Of a stretch of DNA of 45,284 nt, positions 7,536 through 16,122 are shown in pieces (the stretch's first letter is position 1; the number at the start of each line of letters is the position of its first letter). Below the pieces are notes generated by a model. The model was given only the letters and a program-made list of their open reading frames with translations. It was not told the DNA's origin and searched no databases. Both the position numbers and the translations under genes were made by a program. The stretch spans positions 1-45,284 of IMG/VR virus record IMGVR_UViG_3300045988_113766. One strand, given 5' to 3'. This DNA is from a virus.

Positions 7536-9785
7536 TTAAGTCAAATTGCCTGAGCCTTTATTGTACAAATACTTATCCCTGACTTTGTCGTATAAACATA
7601 ATACTCCGTTATCTTTTTTCACTGGAATAAGATCTGCCACCAATACATCCTCCTGATAAATTTTCGCATAATAGATTTTGCCTTTTAGCCCAACTCCCGC
7701 ATTAGTTCCGTTTTTTGACATATTTCCAACATAAAGTGGACTTGTAAGAGAAAATGAATCAATAGAGTCTGTATCTACAGAAGAACTTCCGAAATTAAAT
7801 GTTGTGCCATTTTGTTTAATTGTCCAATTACCACCCCAAAATGCAGAGGGTTTAGCTGCACTGTCTATTGTTCCTCTAATCGCATAAAAATTATCAGTGC
7901 AAGTATATCCATATTTATATTTATCATCTCTTGCACCGCATATATAAGTTGTTCCAGTGTTTACATACAAACTTACTTCCGTATTAGTATTTTGATCAGG
8001 TAAAATTTCTGTATCGAAATAACAATTTCCATCCAAACTTAAACTTGTAATTTCTATATGATTTTCTGTAATGGATTTTTTATTAATAGTAACAGAACAT
8101 TGCGCTGTGTAATTGCCGTCAAGTGTTGTGACAGTAACAACCGAATGCCCAATTTCTTTTCCAATTATTTTTCCGTTTTCCACAATAACATTTGAATTAT
8201 TTACGCTCCATGTAACATTTTGATTTGTTGCGTAACTTGGGAGTACGGTGGCTACTAATTGTACGGATTCTCCGACTTCCAAGGTAATAGCGTTATGATT
8301 TAATGTAACTCCTGTAACTTTTACAATATCTGGTATATCAGATGCTAATCCATAAGCAATTCCAAGGTTTTGAAGAGTTTTGTCAATTACAGGGCAATAA
8401 TGGGTTCTATAGAATTGTTCATTTGGATGTACTCCATCACCTTTTTTACTATTTGGGTTATATGTATATTTATTTTTGTTTAATTTAGTCATTGCTATTT
8501 GTGCATATTTACGCATATCAAGATACGGCATATTCCATTTTTCACAGATTTCAATCGCTTTTGAATAGATGCTGTCCACGTAAGAATTGTCTTTTGCAAA
8601 ACTGTGTGGAATAATATACAGTTTGACAGTCAATGGGTACGTATCCATGATATACTGCAATGCACTCTCTAATGCTCCGCAGAACGTCCCCGTATTATAC
8701 GAAGCATCATATCCAGATTCGATTGATCCGACTGGAATACTACTATTGATGTCATTAACTCCACCGTCAAAAATGATCGCATCAGCTGCACCAGTGTAAC
8801 TCCTAATCTGCGTTACGATCGGTGTGTGTTCTGGGTTGGATGTAGTGGCAAAGTTCGCACCAGATTCGGCTTTATTAATCCAAGTGGCATCTGGATATTT
8901 TTCTTTTAACGGCTGCACGACGCCGGTGCCTTCTTTCCATCCCCATCCAGCTATGATACTATCTCCAAATGCAACGATTGTCTTTCCTTTGTATGGACTT
9001 TCTGTGACCTCAACATTCGAAGACTCGTTATTTTGCAGTTCTTTCCATGAGCCAAAAGCTGCTCCATTTTTAGTTCGAATGAATGTCCTGCTATCTTCAA
9101 GGCACGTATAGATGTGTACAACACATTTATTGGAAAAACCAACAGAACACGCCATGCCACCAGCGTCAACCGGTACATTTTTCACGCCATGACAGGATAT
9201 CAAATACGCCCTGTTGTCTTCCATATTGTCTAAGTCAGCCAAAACTTCCGTAGAATAAACATGCAAGCCAGTCATGAATGTTTTACTCGTATCCACAGTG
9301 CCAGAACTAGTTCCTGAACCATTTGCGCCTTTTGGAATCCCAAGATTCAGTACAGGATTCTCGGTCGTCCCTGTGATCGATGCAGTGGCAGACTGTCCAG
9401 ATTCTAGTGTATTCACCGTTCCAATTGTGATATTTGGTGTTTTCCCTGTTGACCCTTTCGAACCGTTTCTAACTTGGAATGTGCTTTTTTCGCCGTTCGT
9501 TTTTGTCACGGTGACAATATTTGTACCACCATCTTCTGTCGATGTTGTAGTCTGCTTAACTTCTAGGATGCCAACCCCATCTTTTCCATTACTGCCAGTT
9601 CCAGAACCACCGCTTGAACCAGCACCGCCGGTGCAATTTCTTTTCAAGTAATCTACATCTTCCATTAATTCAGGAATTTTTTCTGCGTTAATGAGCATTC
9701 TCGCAAATTCCTCTTCCGTTCCTGTGTATCCTTTTTCTTTTACGATTGCATACGCGCTTACAGCACCTAAGTCTTCCCACATCAT
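7536..9785 (-). CDS. Tail fibre/spike with an SGNH(GDSL)-type esterase domain and a Big_2 domain
   Basis: 749 aa. G/S-rich collagen-like linker. SGNH blocks FGDSIIAGWG, GGVNDI and DGVHPN. Big_2-like VTGVTLNHNAITLEVGESVQLVATVLP...VTWSV. Confidence 0.75.
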   Translation of the reverse strand: MMWEDLGAVSAYAIVKEKGYTGTEEEFARMLINAEKIPELMEDVDYLKRNCTGGAGSSGGSGTGSNGKDGVGILEVKQTTTSTEDGGTNIVTVTKTNGEKSTFQVRNGSKGSTGKTPNITIGTVNTLESGQSATASITGTTENPVLNLGIPKGANGSGTSSGTVDTSKTFMTGLHVYSTEVLADLDNMEDNRAYLISCHGVKNVPVDAGGMACSVGFSNKCVVHIYTCLEDSRTFIRTKNGAAFGSWKELQNNESSNVEVTESPYKGKTIVAFGDSIIAGWGWKEGTGVVQPLKEKYPDATWINKAESGANFATTSNPEHTPIVTQIRSYTGAADAIIFDGGVNDINSSIPVGSIESGYDASYNTGTFCGALESALQYIMDTYPLTVKLYIIPHSFAKDNSYVDSIYSKAIEICEKWNMPYLDMRKYAQIAMTKLNKNKYTYNPNSKKGDGVHPNEQFYRTHYCPVIDKTLQNLGIAYGLASDIPDIVKVTGVTLNHNAITLEVGESVQLVATVLPSYATNQNVTWSVNNSNVIVENGKIIGKEIGHSVVTVTTLDGNYTAQCSVTINKKSITENHIEITSLSLDGNCYFDTEILPDQNTNTEVSLYVNTGTTYICGARDDKYKYGYTCTDNFYAIRGTIDSAAKPSAFWGGNWTIKQNGTTFNFGSSSVDTDSIDSFSLTSPLYVGNMSKNGTNAGVGLKGKIYYAKIYQEDVLVADLIPVKKDNGVLCLYDKVRDKYLYNKGSGNLT

Positions 9786-10021
9786 ACTATGAGCACCTCC
9801 AGTCTTCCATCTTTCATCCTATAGTTTGCTTTATCTTTACTAACGCATATCAGGTGTCCGTTATGTATTTCAAAATTCATATAATCTCGTAATATTAGCG
9901 GAATATATATGTAGAGATGCCCATTCTTTTTTGTCCAAATACGTACAGTTTCATATTTTGGTTGATGTATTTCAATTGTTTCTTTAGGCTTAAATATTAT
10001 TTTTGCTTCTGCCGCATCCAT
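9782..10021 (-). CDS. Hypothetical protein
   Basis: 79-aa ORF. Its stop overlaps the fibre gene start. RBS TAGGAGATAAA. Confidence 0.45.
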   Translation of the reverse strand: MDAAEAKIIFKPKETIEIHQPKYETVRIWTKKNGHLYIYIPLILRDYMNFEIHNGHLICVSKDKANYRMKDGRLEVLIV

Positions 10022-10029
10022 TTTATCTC

Positions 10030-11352
10030 CTATTTAGCTTCTTTCTTCAACAAATCCCATTCTTTTTCTGTAATTATTTCCAAAGCCCATTTGGAAGGAA
10101 CATGTATTTTCATTCTCTTTGAAATACCATTCTTTCTGTAATACCTGTTCCAGAAGTACGCATTTGCTAAAGCACGCGCTTTATGCATGATGCAGATATA
10201 CGTTGCTCTAGCATCCGGTGTGCCAAAAACCTGATAGTTATATGCGGTGCACCAGGAACACCCCTCTGCAATCGGGCAGTAGAAGCATTCGTCCGTACTC
10301 TGCGTTCTCCGATTAATCTTTTTAAGGCACTCCACGCGGCATTTATGGCAGTCGCATTGACAGATTCCCGCATCTACATCTCCTATACTGTACGGTTCCT
10401 GTTGGCTTCCCAAAGAGCTTTCCATATATCGCAAGCATGGATAAATGATGCCGTCCGGATCAACCGCCAACATTACGCCGTTTCCACCGCACCAGTTTTG
10501 TAAATCGTCTTCTTTCTTTGGGTGAAACAACTCCTCGTTGAACAGTGAACAATAGAATTCTCTTTCAAAATCCATATTATGTTCTAAGAAATAATCCGCA
10601 AGCAATTTCATTTGGCCGTAAAGAGTTGTAGCGTGTATTGGTTTCCACCCATCCTCATAAACACAATTCGCATTTATCTCTGTGTATCCCAGGTTAATCA
10701 TGTGAACAATCGCATCATATATATGCATCACATTCGCCGGTGCAATAGTGATCTTTGAGCCCATGTAATTCCCCTGATTCATCCAGTCTTTTGCTGCAGA
10801 TACCGCCAAATCATAAGAGGGCTGTCCGTCTGGAAAAACGCGGCAAGAATCATGGAGTTCTTTGTTTCCGTCTACCGTTACTGAAAATGACAGTCTGTTC
10901 TTCCACTTTTGCAGTACCATCTGCACTTCCGGTTCGTGATACAAGACCCCATTACTGCAGATTGAAAACATAGTCTTCATAAGCCACGGATGGTTTAATT
11001 CAATCATTTTGTCGATTGTGTAGGTGCAAATTTTATCAATCAGTTTTGCCTCCAGAAGTGGTTCGCCGCCAATAAATTCTATTATTAGCCCAGGCGATTT
11101 CTTGGGATTTATATATTCTTTAACCCCTTTTTCTCCTGACAGTAAAAGATCTATCATCTTTTTTGCGGTTTCAAATTTCATACTGCGTTTTCCTTTGTGG
11201 GTTTGGTAGCAGTATGTACAAGCAAGATTGCAATCATCTGTCACCTGAAATGTCACCGACTGTGTAAGAACTCTTTCTTCTCCCTCTTTCCGCCGGTGTA
11301 ACTCAGGATACAACCTGCTTAATTTATCGCTGTACTGTTCTGCTCTCTTCAT
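10030..11352 (-). CDS. Radical SAM enzyme with a SPASM-type C-terminal auxiliary Fe-S domain (peptide/protein maturase-like)
   Basis: 440 aa. CNLACTYC (CX3CX2C) at residues 41-48, preceded by FQVTDD. C-terminal Cys clusters WCGGNG...DGIIYPC, CQCDCHKCRVEC and CFYCPIAEGCSWC. RBS GAAGGGA. Confidence 0.85.
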   Translation of the reverse strand: MKRAEQYSDKLSRLYPELHRRKEGEERVLTQSVTFQVTDDCNLACTYCYQTHKGKRSMKFETAKKMIDLLLSGEKGVKEYINPKKSPGLIIEFIGGEPLLEAKLIDKICTYTIDKMIELNHPWLMKTMFSICSNGVLYHEPEVQMVLQKWKNRLSFSVTVDGNKELHDSCRVFPDGQPSYDLAVSAAKDWMNQGNYMGSKITIAPANVMHIYDAIVHMINLGYTEINANCVYEDGWKPIHATTLYGQMKLLADYFLEHNMDFEREFYCSLFNEELFHPKKEDDLQNWCGGNGVMLAVDPDGIIYPCLRYMESSLGSQQEPYSIGDVDAGICQCDCHKCRVECLKKINRRTQSTDECFYCPIAEGCSWCTAYNYQVFGTPDARATYICIMHKARALANAYFWNRYYRKNGISKRMKIHVPSKWALEIITEKEWDLLKKEAK

Positions 11353-11680
11353 CTTTTATCCCTTCAATTTTACAATTGCAATGGATTGTAATCTCCATCT
11401 GATTAGAGTCCAGTGGAAGGATCCAACTGTATTTATGTCCTCTCAGTTTTTCCGGAATGTACTTCTGTTCAAGACTGGCAGATGCAGTTTTATATTCAGC
11501 TTCCAGTTCCGCGCCTTTTTTTTGGTAAGCAGCAAATGCTTTGCTTTTAATCATTTCCGGATCGTTTGAATGAGACTCAAGAATCCTTTGAATCACGTCT
11601 TTTGCAAATCCCAGTTCAAAATTTAGACGTTCCAGGTATTCCGCGTCTTTTTTGTCAATTTCAATAATGATTTTTCTCAT
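11324..11680 (-). CDS. Hypothetical protein in the rSAM cluster
   Basis: 118-aa ORF with RBS AGGAGGAGAC. It overlaps the rSAM start by 29 nt. Mostly helical. Confidence 0.5.
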   Translation of the reverse strand: MRKIIIEIDKKDAEYLERLNFELGFAKDVIQRILESHSNDPEMIKSKAFAAYQKKGAELEAEYKTASASLEQKYIPEKLRGHKYSWILPLDSNQMEITIHCNCKIEGIKDEESRTVQR

Positions 11681-11692
11681 GTCTCCTCCTAG

Positions 11693-11707
11693 TGACCGAG
11701 TCGGTCA
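11693..11707. repeat. Palindrome TGACCGAGTCGGTCA, copy 2 (17-bp with flanks)
   Basis: Intergenic, directly upstream of the RBS of gene 11324..11680. Confidence 0.9.
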
Positions 11708-11709
11708 CA

Positions 11710-12018
11710 TTACATTTTGCCAAGTTTGATGATAATCACTTTATTTTTATCTGACATATCTTCAGTTATCGCTTCGATTTTCCATCCCGGAAAGTCTCTT
11801 TTTTCATTTCCGCGCACAAGAATAAAATCCGTGCCGTTCCCGTCATTCGAGATTTTTGCCTTTACTGCGGAGAATGATTCATTTTCGCTCGCGTAAAAGG
11901 TAATAATGCTGTCATAATTTAATTCGTTTCCGTTTCCATCTTTGAACTTCTCGAATGAAAAAGCATTGTTCATACTTTCGATCTGGATTTCCTGTTTGTT
12001 TTTAAGTATTAGTTTCAT
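11710..12018 (-). CDS. Hypothetical beta-rich protein in the rSAM cluster
   Basis: The likely start is ATG at 12018 (MKLILKNKQEIQ...), behind RBS AAGGAGAGAAAGA. The ORF-track start at 12096 overlaps the upstream gene. Confidence 0.5.
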   Translation of the reverse strand: MKLILKNKQEIQIESMNNAFSFEKFKDGNGNELNYDSIITFYASENESFSAVKAKISNDGNGTDFILVRGNEKRDFPGWKIEAITEDMSDKNKVIIIKLGKM

Positions 12019-12038
12019 TCTTTCTCTCCTTAATCTCC

Positions 12039-12680
12039 TTAATACACTGGTGACGATGCTGTTCCATAGCAAGTTCCGGAACAGGTTTTTCCACAATTAT
12101 TTGAGCAATCGTTCGAGCAGCTAGTACTGCATCCGCCGCATTGGCTCTGGCACAAATTAGAACAGCTGTCTTTGCAGGTTGCTTCACATGAATTGTTGCA
12201 TCCTGTCCCGCATGATGTTCCGCATGAGCTGCACCCTGAACATCCAGAGCAAGACTGTGTGCAAGATGCAGTGCAGTTGTCGTCGCATCCAGAGCAATAT
12301 CCGGAGCAGTTTCCAGAGCATCCGGAGCAATTATCGCTACATGAACTTCCACAATGCCCGCTGCAATCTCCAGAACAGTTTGTCGAACACGATGTCCCAC
12401 AGGCAAATCCGCAGCCATTATTGCAAGTATCACCGCAGGAAACAGAACAGCCGGCTGTGCAGTCCATCGCGCATTTTGCCTCGCAATAAATCGTGCAGTC
12501 AGTTTCGCATGCCGCGGAGCAAGTATCCCGGCACACATTTGTGCATGTTCCCGAACATACCGTGCTGCAGTTATGTGAGCAACTAGTTCCGCATCCGCCG
12601 CAATTCCCCGACGCCGTTGTCTGGCAACTGGTTGAACAGCTGGTTCCGCAAGTCGTACAAGCCCTTTCTCTCCCTCCTTT
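12039..12680 (-). CDS. Cys-repeat reading frame continuing directly after an in-frame TAG (213 codons, about 51 Cys, CxxxC periodicity). There is no canonical start before GTG at 12536.
   Basis: My translation after the TAG: KGGRERACTTCGTSCSTSCQTTASGNCGGCGTSCSHNCSTVCSGTCTNVCRDTC...CSGTCYGTASSPVY*. Same frame as 12681..13208. AAAGGAGGGAGAG lies right after the TAG. Confidence 0.55.
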   Translation of the reverse strand, partial: KGGRERACTTCGTSCSTSCQTTASGNCGGCGTSCSHNCSTVCSGTCTNVCRDTCSAACETDCTIYCEAKCAMDCTAGCSVSCGDTCNNGCGFACGTSCSTNCSGDCSGHCGSSCSDNCSGCSGNCSGYCSGCDDNCTASCTQSCSGCSGCSSCGTSCGTGCNNSCEATCKDSCSNLCQSQCGGCSTSCSNDCSNNCGKTCSGTCYGTASSPVY

Positions 12681-13208
12681 CTATGCTTTTGTTGATGTTG
12701 TGCATCCAGATCCGCATGTATGTGAACATTTGCCTGCACATCCTCCTGTGCATCCTCCGCAACCTCCAGAGCACCCATCTGCGCAGGATTTATTGCAATT
12801 GTTGCTACAATTTCCTGTGCAGGAGCTGCAACCCATGCAGGCAGAAATGCAGGACTGTTCGCACAATCCTGTACAGTTTCCCCGGCATCCAGAATTTTCA
12901 GCTGTTTTTGGAACTGCCATCATTTTGTCTGCAAATTTTTCCGCTCTTTCCAGTTCCATTTCCAGAGATGTTCTCTTTTTTCTGAGACTGTTATCCGGAA
13001 GATAATCATTGATCTCCAGTAATGGATCTATAATCTTTCGAATGTGTTCATCCGAAATCTGGCTTACTACTTTTGGTTCCATCATATAGTCATACTCCTG
13101 AGAAGCATATTGCGTGAGCTGACCTCCCATATCTGGCACATCTCTACTAGCCATGACTCTTTTTACTTTTTCTTTGATGCGTATCAACGAATCTGCCGTT
13201 ATGATCAT
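12681..13208 (-). CDS. Protein with a roughly 105-aa non-repetitive N-terminal domain followed by a Cys-every-4th-residue repeat (candidate rSAM substrate)
   Basis: 175 aa. RBS AAGGAGGAAAG. C-terminal part GCRGNCTGLCEQSCISACMGCSSCTGNCSNNCNKSCADGCSGGCGGCTGGCAGKCSHTCGSGC. It ends at TAG (12681..12683). Confidence 0.7.
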   Translation of the reverse strand: MIITADSLIRIKEKVKRVMASRDVPDMGGQLTQYASQEYDYMMEPKVVSQISDEHIRKIIDPLLEINDYLPDNSLRKKRTSLEMELERAEKFADKMMAVPKTAENSGCRGNCTGLCEQSCISACMGCSSCTGNCSNNCNKSCADGCSGGCGGCTGGCAGKCSHTCGSGCTTSTKA

Positions 13209-13221
13209 TTTGCTTTCCTCC

Positions 13222-13788
13222 TTAGACCGCAGATACAGATGTATATGCCGGATTTATGAGGACATAATCTACCGTAACTGTTTCCGTAGCATTTGTTTTT
13301 CCTATAGCAGCCTCGATATATATGTTGGTTCCCTTTGTCATGTTCTCCATATCCAGGATGGTTCCGATGATCTTATATCTGTCATTCGCTTCAAATGCTG
13401 CCGGCGAAATATATATTGTTTTTATAATGTCACCGTTTGCAGAGCCTTTCCGGAATCTCACCCTGATCATATTTTCATTTTTAGAAACATCTGATACCTT
13501 CATTCTTATCATTACTGCATAAGTTCCTAATTTAAGCGACATTCCCACGGAAAAAAGCTGCATATCCGCTACCGAACTGCTCGTTTTACTCAAAACGGTA
13601 TATTCCGCCGCTGTATCTTTTATAGTTGCTTCGCTGGACAGTCTCTTGCCTCCTATATAGAGATTGCTGCCATTTTCAATTCGATACAGAGCATCATCCA
13701 CCTGATCCATCATTTCGTCAAAATGAGCAACATTAAAAAAATCATCATCCTCAGGTTTTAGAAAATTATAATTTTTTGTATATTTCAA
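13222..13788 (-). CDS. Tail fibre-like protein (conserved phage fibre N-terminus)
   Basis: 188 aa. The N-terminus MKYTKNYNFLKPEDDDFFNV... resembles the N-termini of many Firmicute phage fibre/baseplate-attached proteins. Confidence 0.45.
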   Translation of the reverse strand: MKYTKNYNFLKPEDDDFFNVAHFDEMMDQVDDALYRIENGSNLYIGGKRLSSEATIKDTAAEYTVLSKTSSSVADMQLFSVGMSLKLGTYAVMIRMKVSDVSKNENMIRVRFRKGSANGDIIKTIYISPAAFEANDRYKIIGTILDMENMTKGTNIYIEAAIGKTNATETVTVDYVLINPAYTSVSAV

Positions 13789-14327
13789 TCAAATTTCGCC
13801 TCCTCATTTCGTAGCTGATGATAAGTTTTTGTTGACATCTGTTTATAAGTAAATGGTTTAAATACTTTGTACTGGTTGTACCTTAAAATGATTGACAGAC
13901 CATAATCCAAAGGGATCATCTCTTCTAAGAGATTTTCTATCGCATTAATCATATAGCTTCTCGTTACTTCCACCTGACATGTAACTGTCTTTTGGTCCAG
14001 ATCTATCGTAAGAATATAATTCCTCAATCCAAGAGTTGCATCAAGTTTTTGCCTGAGTGTCGTTTCCGTGTACATGGCGCTAGACCACCATCTCAGTAAA
14101 ACTTCCATTCTGCGATCCTCTAACGTCGCGGTATCCAATGGAGCAATTTTTAAAATCCTTTCTCGATGCGCAATTCCTGATTCCTCGGATGTTTTTATTG
14201 TTATGTCATTGTCAATCTCATCAAGATGTCTCTCGAATACTTCGCCTACCTTATCACCGGCTTCTACTGTCGCCTTAACCTCACGGATATTTATCACTAC
14301 ATCCGGATATTCCACTTTTATGTGCAT
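13785..14327 (-). CDS. XkdU-like baseplate protein (DUF2313-like)
   Basis: 180 aa, positioned after the baseplate J-like gene as in PBSX. Overlapping start/stop. Confidence 0.55.
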   Translation of the reverse strand: MHIKVEYPDVVINIREVKATVEAGDKVGEVFERHLDEIDNDITIKTSEESGIAHRERILKIAPLDTATLEDRRMEVLLRWWSSAMYTETTLRQKLDATLGLRNYILTIDLDQKTVTCQVEVTRSYMINAIENLLEEMIPLDYGLSIILRYNQYKVFKPFTYKQMSTKTYHQLRNEEAKFD

Positions 14328-15370
14328 GTAATCTCTCCTTTGACCGGCACGGAGCCGTCCGTGATCTGCAGATTCTTCTCAGCTCCATTGATCTTTGTTC
14401 CGGCAACATCGAGTATACCCGTTATATTTATCAGAGCAGCTTCTATCTGCAGGATCCTCACAATGATCGTTTTGCTGTCTTCCCATTTCTTTCTGAGACT
14501 GAGCAGATAATTATCCACTGCCTGATTTATGTAGCTTTTCAAAGCTTCTGGACTGTATCCGGACTCGCAGGTTATAGTTGTTTCTATATTTACCACCGTT
14601 TCTTTTACTCCTATAACAGTGACTCGGTGCCCGATCGGAGCAAATCCTTCCCCTTCTCCGCTGTTTACAATAGGATCAACTGCTGTCTGGGCTGCTGATA
14701 TGACCTCTTCCGAAGGTGTTCTGTAATCCTGCCCGATGATAGTTGCTTTGATTCTGTCAGAAGGCGCTGAAACACGTTCCAGTTTGCATCCATACACTCC
14801 ACTCAGCTCTTTGAGTCTGCTTTTATAATATTCACGGTTTCCAGCGAATCCGCGATAGTTATATGTCGCCATAACTCTGGCCCGATAGGTTTCTGTTTCC
14901 TCCTGATCGGTTCCTTCCAGTGTGCATTTGATGATCTTTCCCCATTCAAATCCTTCCACATATTCGATTGGGTCTAAGTCACCCATGACATGGTTTGGTT
15001 CTGCACCAGGAGTATCGCATCCTAGCCGATATGTGTGATTTTCTTCACTGATCACATTGAATACCGTATAGTTATATTCATCCAGATTCCAACGTGATCC
15101 CGCCGGGACAGGACAATTAAACTGTGCTGTAAATTCTGCATATGTTGCCTGGTTGATATAGCAGCCCCTGTCATTTCCATTTCTGATCAGATGTTCCAGG
15201 TCAGCAGTATCTGTATACATATTCTGCTCCAAACCAGCCAACAACAGATATGCTTCTTCCAATCTTACCGCCTGTTTTGCGCAAGCATTAAAGATCAGGC
15301 TTCCCTCAGATGTGTCTATGTCATCCGGCATATCTTCCATCATGGTCCGCATGATCGTTTCATAAGTCAT
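14318..15370 (-). CDS. Baseplate J-like protein (XkdT-like)
   Basis: 350 aa. N-terminus MTYETIMRTMMEDMPDDIDTSEGSLIFNA..., typical of the baseplate J family. Synteny supports the call. Confidence 0.7.
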   Translation of the reverse strand: MTYETIMRTMMEDMPDDIDTSEGSLIFNACAKQAVRLEEAYLLLAGLEQNMYTDTADLEHLIRNGNDRGCYINQATYAEFTAQFNCPVPAGSRWNLDEYNYTVFNVISEENHTYRLGCDTPGAEPNHVMGDLDPIEYVEGFEWGKIIKCTLEGTDQEETETYRARVMATYNYRGFAGNREYYKSRLKELSGVYGCKLERVSAPSDRIKATIIGQDYRTPSEEVISAAQTAVDPIVNSGEGEGFAPIGHRVTVIGVKETVVNIETTITCESGYSPEALKSYINQAVDNYLLSLRKKWEDSKTIIVRILQIEAALINITGILDVAGTKINGAEKNLQITDGSVPVKGEITCT

Positions 15371-15374
15371 GTCT

Positions 15375-15776
15375 TCAAACCTTTATCTCCACCTCCCCGT
15401 CTCCAAGTTCAGTGATCAATGAAAAAGTAAGCGTTATCTTTTCATCATTTTTTGTACAGGAAAAGTTCTCAATTCCCATAATATACGGATTTTTAGTCAG
15501 GCATTCTTCCGTCATTCGTTCCAATTCTGAGTCTGTCAGCTCGACTGAATAAGTTTTTCCAACAAGATTTTCATATTCCTGGCCATAGCCATCTGAATAG
15601 ATATAATACCGATACCGCGCTATCTGCAGTGCCAGCCATGCCCATACAAGAAGCGCATCATATCCTTCGACAACTTTTCCAGAAAGCTGACCTGTTTCAA
15701 AATCAATGCCATATTCCCGTGGAATATACAGGCTCTCTTCGGCTTCTTCTTCACTTTCCACGAAAGGAAACATCAT
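15375..15776 (-). CDS. XkdS-like baseplate wedge protein (DUF2634-like)
   Basis: 133 aa. Called on synteny and size. Confidence 0.55.
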   Translation of the reverse strand: MMFPFVESEEEAEESLYIPREYGIDFETGQLSGKVVEGYDALLVWAWLALQIARYRYYIYSDGYGQEYENLVGKTYSVELTDSELERMTEECLTKNPYIMGIENFSCTKNDEKITLTFSLITELGDGEVEIKV

Positions 15777-16096
15777 TCCGGAATCACCACCTTTGCAATC
15801 AGAATGTACTTTTCATGCCTGTCCAGTTTCAGGAGCAGCACTTCATCCCCTTCTTGCAGGATATTTCTTTTGTATTCTTCTAAAGTGCTGTTATGTTCGG
15901 AATCTGTCATATACTCTGCTGATTCCGGTTTCAAAGTATGCAGGAATACTTTCTTTGTCCGATCCAGACGTAAATTGCAATTGATCAAATAATCACTTTT
16001 ATCAAGGATCATCGTGTCCATCCTGATTTTTCCGGAATCCATCATAATTCCCAGGCAAGGTACCGGGGCATTGTAGAAGCTTCCGGCTTTTCTCAT
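15773..16096 (-). CDS. XkdR-like baseplate protein (DUF2577-like)
   Basis: 107 aa. Called on synteny. Confidence 0.5.
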   Translation of the reverse strand: MRKAGSFYNAPVPCLGIMMDSGKIRMDTMILDKSDYLINCNLRLDRTKKVFLHTLKPESAEYMTDSEHNSTLEEYKRNILQEGDEVLLLKLDRHEKYILIAKVVIPE

Positions 16097-16122
16097 CTGT
16101 TCTATAAATCTTTCATATGTAT

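Noticed and set aside
12681-12683. Genome-wide TAG reassignment (an amber-recoded phage) as the explanation for the in-frame TAG
   Set aside because: TAG is used as an apparently genuine stop at 10030 (rSAM, where the next gene's RBS follows immediately), at 23010, at 39101 and at 45130. No other gene shows internal TAGs in the frames I read.
12039-13000. CRISPR-like or tandem-repeat array suggested by the strong short-period repetition
   Set aside because: The period is 12 nt (4 codons) and degenerate at the nucleotide level, with no repeat/spacer organisation. It is explained by the protein-level CxxxC repeat. I saw no CRISPR array anywhere in the window.
12002-13005. Several long overlapping ORFs across the Cys-repeat region (258 aa on the minus strand in another frame; 105, 135, 74, 170 and 122 aa on the plus strand)
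   Set aside because: They are frame shadows of a 12-nt periodic, GC-rich repeat, which leaves every frame free of stops. Only the Cys frame has a proper RBS and start, an ordinary N-terminal domain, and continuity with the operon direction.
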